Positions 25,137-31,675 of a DNA stretch of 32,000 nt are shown one piece after another. Position numbers and translations under genes: made by a program. The notes beneath the pieces are model-generated. The model worked only from the letters and a program-made list of their open reading frames with translations. It was not told the origin of the DNA and made no database searches. How positions within the stretch are numbered: the stretch's first letter is position 1; the number at the start of each line of letters is the position of its first letter. Source of the DNA: Singulisphaera acidiphila DSM 18658 (GTDB lineage Bacteria; Planctomycetota; Planctomycetia; Isosphaerales; Isosphaeraceae); assembly GCF_000242455.2 (NCBI RefSeq), contig NC_019892.1, positions 5,124,744 through 5,156,743 of the forward strand, written 5' to 3'.

Positions 25137-25803
25137 TCAATTCAGTTTGTAAATATGTGGTTTGAGATATGAACGATTCGGTCGAGCACGCGGACTCAGC
25201 AACCGTTGCAAGGCGCAACGGATCGCTGGGAGGGTGAGGCCCCGCTCAGTATCCCCTTTTTTCCCCGGCTGGGCCGGGTCGCGTTTCGCTCGGAGCTGTT
25301 CCAAGGCCAGGAAGTCGTAGGCCATCATCACCAGGCAGACATGGTGGTGGAAGCCACGCCTGGGGTGGCTCTCGAAATGATCCAGACCCAACTCGCCTTT
25401 CCTCGGCTGATAACCCTGCTCCACGGGCCAGCGAGTCATCCACAGTCGGCCCGCCCGCAATCGTCTTGTGGCCGGCGACAGGTTGCTGAAGGCGTACTTC
25501 GGCTTGCCGTCGGCCTGGTGCTCGATCAGCGGCCAGGTCGGTTCGGCACCGGAGCAGTCGTCCGTGGCCCAGCCACCGCCCGGTCAGGCCCGCAACCAGG
25601 CGAAGTGGCCTGTCAACTTCCCCTTGGTCCCTTCACGCCAGGCCACCTTCCGCAGGCGCGTGTTGGCAGCCAACTCTCTCAGGCTCACCGGCCGGGTTGC
25701 GCCTTCGGCCAACCGGGGCCGCTTCCGCGGTCGCCCACCGGTCCCGCCGGGCTTCTCGACCGGCCCCGGCAATTCCCACCTCGGCTCTTCGGTGAAGACG
25801 ACC
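25137..25803 (-). pseudogene. IS701-like (DDE_5) transposase, C-terminal part; in-frame TGA and internal deletion
   Basis: The frame reads VVFTEEPRWELPGPVEKPGG...VSLRELAANTRLRKVAWREGTKGKLTGHFAWLRA, a TGA at 25584-25586, then ...RLWMTRWPVEQGYQPRKGELGLDHFESHPRRGFHHHVCLVMMAYDFL. The block carrying the second catalytic Asp appears to be missing. Confidence 0.7.
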
Positions 25804-25884
25804 TGTTAAGTTCCCCGGTAAATGTCACTCCTTTTGACCCGCTATTTGTCACTACGGCTTGACCCGCTATTTTGTCACTACGGC
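25804..25884. repeat. Transposon left end with three TGTCAC-terminated subrepeats
   Basis: The subrepeats are TGTTAAGTTCCCCGGTAAATGTCAC (25804-25828), TCCTTTTGACCCGCTATTTGTCAC (25829-25852) and TACGGCTTGACCCGCTATTTTGTCAC (25853-25878), followed by TACGGC. This is a multi-site end architecture as in Tn7-like and Mu-like elements. Confidence 0.7.
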
Positions 25885-26055
25885 CCACCGGCCTTGGGAC
25901 TCGAATCTAGGGCACTGATCAGCATCGGGCGGCGAAAAATGTATGCAATTCTTGGATCGGAAGACATTTCACGCTTGCAAGTGGAAGACGGGACGGAGAC
26001 GATGTCGGCACTCTTGTAATCGACCCCAGACTTGAGCCATCCGCGAGGAGCAACC

Positions 26056-27003
26056 GTGACCGACTACCGCCAGCTTCTCGCGTGTTCCGACGCGGAGTTA
26101 GCCCGGATCGATCCGCTGGTGATGAACCTGCTGGTGGCCAAGAGCATCCCCATCCTGGCCGATCTCGACATCGCCCGCTACCAGAAGCTCGCCGATCAGT
26201 GGGCCGAGGCCGTGCGGCGGCGGCTGCCGGCTGCGGAGCGGGTTTTCTGGCAGACGCCACAGGACTGGAAGAACGACGTAAATTTCTTCCGCCTTGGCGT
26301 GCTCTGCGGCTACCTGGAGCACGAGGCGGGTATCTCCTACAATGAGGACCAGCGGTACGCCACGGCGATCCGCTACACGGACCCGTCGGACCTGTTCCTC
26401 AACGGTGTGATGGACACGCGCCAGGGCACCTGCGGCAACATGGCGGCGTTGCATGTCGCCCTCGGCTGGCGTCTAGGCTGGCCGGTGTCGCTGGCGTGCG
26501 TGCGGTCGCACTACATCTGCCGCTACGACGACGGCACGGTGACGCACAACATCGAGGCGACGCAGGCGGGCTACGGCGGGTTCAAGTCGGACCCGGATGA
26601 GTACCTGATCGAGCGTTACGAACTGCCGCCGAAGGCGATCAGCAGCGGCTCGGACTTGCGTGCGGTGAATCCGCGCGAGATGCTGGGTATCTTCCTGGGG
26701 TTCCGAGGTCGGCACATGCGGGACACGGACCGGTGGGACGAGGCGGAACGGGATTACCTTTTGGCCCGGCACCTGTTCCCGATGAACCGCAAGCTTTATG
26801 TTGACGCGATGGGCGTGGCGGTCGATCGGAGCGTTCGGCTGTTCGAGCCGGGCGAGTTGGAATCGCCGCAGAGCCTGGCGGATTGGCTGAACACACAGTA
26901 CCGGCCGGTCCGTCCGTTGGTGAGGATACAGACGAAGGATTTCCCGTTCCAGAATGTGTCCTACACGGCATCGGTGCGATCTTCCAAGGAGCAGCGGCCA
27001 TGA
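26056..27003 (+). CDS. Transglutaminase-like (SirB1-like) cysteine-protease-fold protein
   Basis: RQGTCGNMAALHVALGWRLGWPVSLACVRSHYICRY...HNIEAT fits the Cys/His/polar arrangement of transglutaminase-like domains. A GTG at 26056 follows AGGAGC. The stop overlaps the next start. Confidence 0.7.
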   Translation: MTDYRQLLACSDAELARIDPLVMNLLVAKSIPILADLDIARYQKLADQWAEAVRRRLPAAERVFWQTPQDWKNDVNFFRLGVLCGYLEHEAGISYNEDQRYATAIRYTDPSDLFLNGVMDTRQGTCGNMAALHVALGWRLGWPVSLACVRSHYICRYDDGTVTHNIEATQAGYGGFKSDPDEYLIERYELPPKAISSGSDLRAVNPREMLGIFLGFRGRHMRDTDRWDEAERDYLLARHLFPMNRKLYVDAMGVAVDRSVRLFEPGELESPQSLADWLNTQYRPVRPLVRIQTKDFPFQNVSYTASVRSSKEQRP

Positions 27004-27791
27004 TCAGCACACGAACGACTGGGCGGGGTGAAATGACGCTGAGTGGGTGGGACTGGGACGGCTCGTCGCTCGGGAGGGCAAGCTTAGCCGGGGCCGATCC
27101 GCTCGGATTCGCGGCAGGTGACACCAATCTCTACCGCTACGTGGGTAACAGTCCGACCAACTTCACTGACCCAACGGGTCTACAAACCGTACCGGGAAAC
27201 TACAAGCCGCACCCCTGGCCCGTTCCCGACCCGGCGAACACGATCGTCTTGATTGGCCCCCCCAAGTTCAAGAACGGCAAACCAGACCCGAATGACTCGA
27301 ACCCGTTCAAGCGTCAAGTGTGCCGTACCGCCGGCATTCCGGATCGGAATGTTTTCGACTACAATGGTATCCAATCGCTTCTCGATGCAGCGGAAAAAGC
27401 GAAAAAACTTGGGTTGAAGAAACCCCACGTCGTGACCTGGGGTCACGCCCGTCCGGGTGGGATTTTAGTCGGTGTCAACCCTGCTAACGGGTCATTCACC
27501 GATCGATTCGATAAGAATTCAGGTGCCGACACCCTGGGGAATCTACTAAAATCGCTAGGTGCAAAAGATTATTACAATCTTGGATGCAATACATTTGATT
27601 ACATAAACGCTAGCGGTCCTAACGGATGGGACTTTTTCAACGCCGTACAACAGGCGGCGGGCAACATTCCCATTTATGGTACGGTTGGCTACGACATGCC
27701 TGGGCAAAACCTTGACCAAGCCATCAACGGTGATCCGCCGAGTTGGTACATGGAACCTGGCGGTCACATCGTCGGCCATAAGCCCAAGTGA
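27000..27791 (+). CDS. Mini-Rhs polymorphic-toxin candidate: RHS core tip plus unassigned C-terminal domain
   Basis: The ATG at 27000 overlaps the upstream TGA (ATGA). Residues 26-61, GRASLAGADPLGFAAGDTNLYRYVGNSPTNFTDPTGL (27075-27182), are the conserved end of the RHS repeat-associated core. No YD-repeat shell precedes them. A ~200-aa AT-richer domain follows. Confidence 0.8.
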   Translation: MISTRTTGRGEMTLSGWDWDGSSLGRASLAGADPLGFAAGDTNLYRYVGNSPTNFTDPTGLQTVPGNYKPHPWPVPDPANTIVLIGPPKFKNGKPDPNDSNPFKRQVCRTAGIPDRNVFDYNGIQSLLDAAEKAKKLGLKKPHVVTWGHARPGGILVGVNPANGSFTDRFDKNSGADTLGNLLKSLGAKDYYNLGCNTFDYINASGPNGWDFFNAVQQAAGNIPIYGTVGYDMPGQNLDQAINGDPPSWYMEPGGHIVGHKPK

Positions 27792-27880
27792 TTTCGGCGA
27801 TGCTTAATCGAAGCGGCCCTTGCCCGACGCTTAGTGTTTTGAAATCGCTTCTCGCTAGCGTTGGACATCTGAGATTTAGC

Positions 27881-28438
27881 ATGAGGTCGCTGCTCGTCCT
27901 AATTGTATTCTTGGCACTGGTTCTGGCATTAGTCGTACAACAACACAGAGCGGCCGTGAGAATTCATTCACTCCGTTCAGAACTCGTCGAGGCCCAAGCA
28001 ATTCTTACCGCCTATGAGAGAATGCATGGTCTACTCGGAGACCGAGGGATCCATATCCTCAAAACCGCGACGCGCGTAGAAATTTTATGCGTTGGCCAAG
28101 GGGCAGGTTATCCGCGCACCCCGACGGGGGTGGACCTCGACAAGGCAGCTACGGATCAACTGAGCCAGGCGATACTTGATATAGATAATTATTCGCATTT
28201 AGATTCGGACGATATGCCGGTGCCACAAGCTGGCTTCCGGTTCCGAGGCGGTAATGCGTCTCTTGACATTCTGGTGAGTCTGGAAGGATCAAACGTAAAT
28301 TCGCCTCACGTTGATTTGTTTGTTTTTATTAATAATGAAGATGGTGCCTCGGAGTATCGAGGCCATGCCTGCATGTACAGTAAGCCACTGAATGATCTGC
28401 TTGTGAGCGTGGTAGCCTCAGGCGAGAATCTCCAATAA
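27881..28438 (+). CDS. Putative cognate immunity protein (N-terminal TM anchor)
   Basis: It lies immediately downstream of the toxin candidate and shares its low GC. It begins MRSLLVLIVFLALVLALVV. Alternative in-frame starts exist at GTG 27788 (GTGA overlap with the toxin stop) and ATG 27800. No family was recognised. Confidence 0.5.
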   Translation: MRSLLVLIVFLALVLALVVQQHRAAVRIHSLRSELVEAQAILTAYERMHGLLGDRGIHILKTATRVEILCVGQGAGYPRTPTGVDLDKAATDQLSQAILDIDNYSHLDSDDMPVPQAGFRFRGGNASLDILVSLEGSNVNSPHVDLFVFINNEDGASEYRGHACMYSKPLNDLLVSVVASGENLQ

Positions 28439-28467
28439 TCCCTCTCGCTTAGTTTTTTATAAAATGG

Positions 28468-28923
28468 TTATAATGGTTTACTAATGATCGTTGATATCCG
28501 GCTATCCAAAAGCTTCCGGCCGTCCGGGCGCAGGTTGTTGTTCGGATCGACATGGCGGTAGAGCGTTTGCCGGGTGATGCCCAACTCCGAGCACAGCATC
28601 CCCACCTTGGTATCCCGGCTGGCCATCGCCGCCATCGCCAGGCGGAGCTTGACGGCGGTCATGGTGTAGGGCCTGCCCCCGTTGCGGCCCTGAGCGCGAG
28701 CTGCGGCCATACCCGCTTTGGTTCGCTCGACGATCAGTTCCCGCTCGAATTCCGCCAGGGCGGCGAAGATGCCGAACACCAGCTTGCCGCTGGGTGAGGT
28801 GGTATCGATGCTGGCCCCGTGGCTGGACAGCACCTTGAAGCCGATGCCGCGTGCGGTCAGGTCATGCACCGTGTTGACCAGATGCCGCAGATCACGGCCG
28901 AGGCGGTCGAGCTTCCAGACCAC
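28468..28923 (-). CDS. Serine recombinase (resolvase/TniR-like), N-terminally truncated and lacking the catalytic Ser region
   Basis: It starts at (LV)VWKLDRLGRD and contains FGIFAALAEFERELIVERTKAGMAAARAQGRNGGRP and the HTH LGITRQTLYRHV. The roughly 45 N-terminal residues with the nucleophilic Ser are absent. Confidence 0.8.
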   Translation of the reverse strand: MVWKLDRLGRDLRHLVNTVHDLTARGIGFKVLSSHGASIDTTSPSGKLVFGIFAALAEFERELIVERTKAGMAAARAQGRNGGRPYTMTAVKLRLAMAAMASRDTKVGMLCSELGITRQTLYRHVDPNNNLRPDGRKLLDSRISTIISKPL

Positions 28924-29806
28924 CAGCCCGGTCCGCTTGCGTCCGGGAAAAGCCGGGCAGCCGCGACAGGAGCACCTGCGCGAGCGAATCGAAGAAACGC
29001 TCGATCTTCCCCCGCCCGCGCGGGCGGGCCACGGTGGAGTTGATTAGGCGGATTTTCAGGTCGGCGGATACCTGTTCGAGATGCCGGGAGGTGAAGTCGC
29101 TGCCGTGATCGGAATAGAGCACCTGCGGGATGCCGCAGACGTGCCAGCCCGGTTGCGACTTCCGCCAGATCGCCTGCCGCAGCGCCAGGGCCGTCTGGAT
29201 CGATGACGGGGCCGCCAGCGACAGGCAAAAGCCCGCCACCGCCCGGCTGTAGTCGTCGAGGATGATCGTCAGCCAGGGCCGGCGTGCCGTACCGTCGCCA
29301 TCCTTGATGAGGATGTCGAGTTCGGTGTGATCGGCTTGCCAGATGGCGTTGGGTGCGGTCGCTTCATGGTGATGGACCAGGTCGAAGGACTCGCTATACG
29401 CCTTCGATCCCTCATGCGCCAGCGCCAGCAAGGCCGGCTCCAACTCGCCGACCACGGTGCGGACCACCTTATCGCTCGGCGGCTCCTGGCCCAATTTCCT
29501 CGCGGCGTCGGCCACCTCGCGGTGGATGGTCGCCGTCGGCATCCTGGGCTTACGCAACGCCAGCCCCTCGATGAGTTGCCGGAGGGGAGCCGCCAGCTTC
29601 CTCTTATCCTTGTCGTTCCGCTCCTTGCGGGCCAAACCAGCCAAGCCTTCCCGGCGGTAGCGATTGACCCTGCGGCGTGCGGTGCGGAGAACGAGCCCTT
29701 GATCCTGGGCGATCTGCGTCAGCGGGCCGCCATCTTCCAGGAAGGGACGGATGATCTGGAACCACGCGAAGGCACGCAACCGGCCCTCGTCGGGCAGGCT
29801 ACTCAA
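28892..29806 (-). CDS. TniA/TnsB-like (Mu-type, rve) DDE transposase, C-terminally truncated
   Basis: There is an N-terminal HTH region. The DDE core reads WQADHTELD ... VLYSDHGSDFTS ... RGRGKIERFF. The frame ends about 20 aa after LPGF by running out of frame into resolvase DNA. The start is a TTG at 29806. Confidence 0.75.
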   Translation of the reverse strand: MSSLPDEGRLRAFAWFQIIRPFLEDGGPLTQIAQDQGLVLRTARRRVNRYRREGLAGLARKERNDKDKRKLAAPLRQLIEGLALRKPRMPTATIHREVADAARKLGQEPPSDKVVRTVVGELEPALLALAHEGSKAYSESFDLVHHHEATAPNAIWQADHTELDILIKDGDGTARRPWLTIILDDYSRAVAGFCLSLAAPSSIQTALALRQAIWRKSQPGWHVCGIPQVLYSDHGSDFTSRHLEQVSADLKIRLINSTVARPRGRGKIERFFDSLAQVLLSRLPGFSRTQADRAGGLEARPPRP

Positions 29807-29896
29807 AGTGGCGGGGACCGATTCCGGATCTGATGGTATTTAAGATATGAAAAAATTAGGATGCGATCTGAGATTCGCCTTCGTCAATCACTCAGG

Positions 29897-29945
29897 GTGA
29901 CAAATAGCAGGGCAAAAGAAGTGACACTTACCGGGGAATTTAACA
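29897..29945. repeat. Transposon right end with two subrepeats
   Basis: GTGACAAATAGCAGGGCAAAAGAA then GTGACACTTACCGGGGAATTTAACA. This is the reverse complement of the first two left-end subrepeats. Confidence 0.7.
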
Positions 29946-30070
29946 AGACGACCATCTCGTCGGTGACACCGACGATGTCTCTCAGGCCGCGCGCCGCTCG
30001 TGGTCCATCAAACTCGATTTTGCGGCGTTTCCATCGCCCCCAGACTGCCGAGTTTGCTAAGATTCACCCC
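29946..30070 (-). pseudogene. IS701-like transposase, upstream part separated by the transposon insertion
   Basis: The minus-strand frame reads ...FDGPRAARGLRDIVGVTDEMVV. It continues in frame into FTEEPRWEL at 25803 once the transposon and one AGACGACC copy are removed. Confidence 0.55.
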
Positions 30071-30263
30071 GCAAAATAAGAATGGCGGCCCACGAGATGA
30101 ACCCTCCATCTTGCGTCATGGATCGCAGGGCGCCGAAGGCGTCGCTCCAGCGACCGAGCAAGGCGAAGCCCTGAAGAGCCCGGCCCGTAAGGGAGGCGCC
30201 CAAGATCTTCGCCAACCGCACTCTCTGAGGTAAGATCAAACGAAATCCCTCGGAGATTGGCCC

Positions 30264-30581
30264 GTGCGCGTTCCGAAGTTCCGTATCCGAACCTTGATGA
30301 TCGCCGTGGCGGTTCTGGGAATCGCGTTCGGCGGCCATGCAGGTTTTCAGCGAATGAACCAGCGGATGCAAAGGTTCCTCTTCCTGGCACGGCATCATCT
30401 ACAGCAGGGCGTTGTCAACCGCCTTCACTTGGAAGGATTGGTGGCGCATGGGGCCGCGAAGGCCGACATCGAGAAGTATCGGATGCGTTCTGAATATCAT
30501 CATGCACTCAGTCTGAAATACAAATATGCTTCCCGCCACCCGTGGCTTGCGGTTTCGTCAGACCCACCCGAACCCAGGTGA
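30264..30581 (+). CDS. Small membrane-anchored protein of a Planctomycetota-typical family
   Basis: A GTG at 30264 follows GGAG. The protein has RVPKFRIRTLMIAVAVLGIAF, EYHHALSLKYKYASRHPWLAVSSDPPEP. Confidence 0.6.
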   Translation: MRVPKFRIRTLMIAVAVLGIAFGGHAGFQRMNQRMQRFLFLARHHLQQGVVNRLHLEGLVAHGAAKADIEKYRMRSEYHHALSLKYKYASRHPWLAVSSDPPEPR

Positions 30582-30593
30582 AAGACAACCGCC

Positions 30594-30672
30594 ATGCCCC
30601 GCTTCCGGATACAGACGCTGATGATCCTGGTGGCGGTCACGGCACTGTTTTTCTGGGATGCGACGGCCCATC
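30594..30672 (+). pseudogene. Truncated paralogue of the preceding gene (N-terminal 26 aa only)
   Basis: MPRFRIQTLMILVAVTALFFWDATAHP then runs into IS630-derived sequence. Confidence 0.35.
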
Positions 30673-30750
30673 CGGTCTTGTTCCGGCGGGAATGCCTCGT
30701 ACAGCGACGCCAGCTTGTGCGTGTTCAGATTGTCCATCACCAACAGTTGT
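30673..30750 (-). pseudogene. IS630-family transposase internal fragment
   Basis: LLVMDNLNTHKLASLYEAFPPEQ matches the conserved DDE-region block of IS630/Tc1-like transposases. No flanking transposase sequence is present. Confidence 0.5.
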
Positions 30751-30791
30751 CTTGATCCGCCGGAAGCACACGCCGATCCACGTCTTCGGGC

Positions 30792-31295
30792 TTATCGCTT
30801 CTTACCCCCGACACCGGGCACGGCCGCGACTTGTTTCATCCACGCTGCGATCTGGCGTTCGTCGATGTCGTCCACGGATTCGAGTTGCACGCCCCGCGTT
30901 GACTTGCCCATCCCCACCGGCGTCACCGGCGGTACTGGCTCGAGCGCCGCGCCGTTGATGAACATAAGCTTGACGTGGCCGGCGAAGCCGCCGCAACAGA
31001 AGCACCAGCCGTCGCCGACGCCATAGTACGACATGCCCCACTTCACGGATCGCTGCAAGCCGGGCAGCGTCTTGGCCGCCAGGGCATCGACACTTTCGGC
31101 GATGCCGCGGTGCGGCTGCGGCAGGCTGGCGATGTAGGCAAAAACCGGCTTGTCGCCGACCGCTGCCTTCGCGGGGCTTGCCCTGCCGGTCATGGCTTCC
31201 GGCAGCGTCGTGGCGACTTCGCCCTGTGCCTCCGTACGCTCGGCCGGTTTTTGGACTGCGGGTTTGGAAGTCTTGTCGGCCTTACGGGCGGGCAT
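30792..31295 (-). CDS. DUF1801 (YdhG-like) domain protein
   Basis: VFAYIASLPQPHRGIAESVDALAAKTLPGLQRSVKWGMSYYGVGDGWCFCCGGFAGHVKLMF matches the DUF1801 pattern. The ATG at 31295 is preferred over the extension to 31412. Confidence 0.8.
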   Translation of the reverse strand: MPARKADKTSKPAVQKPAERTEAQGEVATTLPEAMTGRASPAKAAVGDKPVFAYIASLPQPHRGIAESVDALAAKTLPGLQRSVKWGMSYYGVGDGWCFCCGGFAGHVKLMFINGAALEPVPPVTPVGMGKSTRGVQLESVDDIDERQIAAWMKQVAAVPGVGGKKR

Positions 31296-31623
31296 GGTGG
31301 AATCCTCTAAGCCCCGATCGTTTTCGCCGTGCTCCTTGTTCGACAGTACAAAGTCATACTTGTCTCCGGCGAGGGCGTCAATCTCGTCGACCTTTTCGAA
31401 GGCAAGCCGCAATCGCGCCGCCCAACCTCACGAGGTTCTGCCCACCGAATCCCCCGCCTGGTTCCGGCGCCAGGGCATTACCCACTCAAGCCCAGCCGAC
31501 CGCGAGCCGATAACACCTGTGTTCTTTGCCAGTGCTCAGCGCCAAAAACTTATGCTACCCGGCGGTTCGCCCGCCCGGTATTGCACCCGCCGCGAGCGGC
31601 AGGCGAGGAACCAACAACCGAGG

Positions 31624-31646
31624 CCGGGTAGGCGAGTCCTACCCGG
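31624..31646 (-). terminator. Hairpin downstream of the DJ-1-like gene
   Basis: CCGGGTAGG-CGAGT-CCTACCCGG lies 30 bp beyond the stop at 31676. The T-tract is weak on the minus strand. Confidence 0.3.
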
Positions 31647-31675
31647 CTTTCGGTGTTTGCACGCCGCCCCCTCCA

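Larger units (their letters stand above)
25804..29945. mobile_element. Decayed Tn5053/Tn402-like (TniA/TnsB-type) transposon carrying a toxin-immunity cargo
   Basis: The 49-bp imperfect terminal inverted repeats (25804-25852 vs the reverse complement of 29897-29945) match at 44/49 positions by hand count and begin 5'-TGTTAA. Identical AGACGACC abuts both ends (25796-25803 and 29946-29953). The tniA-like gene reads inward from the right end and is followed by a resolvase remnant. Confidence 0.75.

Noticed and set aside
25584-25586. In-frame TGA in the IS701-like gene as selenocysteine or programmed readthrough
   Set aside because: The gene is otherwise truncated, internally deleted and split by a transposon. 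A simple nonsense lesion in a pseudogene is far more likely.
25796-25803. Interpreting the flank as the 5-bp target duplication expected for Tn7/Tn5053-type elements
   Set aside because: The 5 bp immediately left (CGACC) and right (AGACG) of the termini differ. Only an 8-bp reading (AGACGACC on both sides) is consistent, or 9 bp if the shared A is counted.
25685-25888. Small ORFs spanning the transposon ends (25685-25888 minus strand, 29861-30079 plus strand) that encode similar peptides (VTNSxxKxVTxTGExN)
   Set aside because: The peptide similarity simply reflects translation of the terminal inverted repeats. Both ORFs cross the element/flank boundary, so they are not genes.
26883-26999. 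Longer 302-aa version of the toxin ORF starting at 26883
   Set aside because: The extension overlaps the 3' end of the transglutaminase-like gene in another frame. The ATG at 27000 gives a classic ATGA coupling junction.
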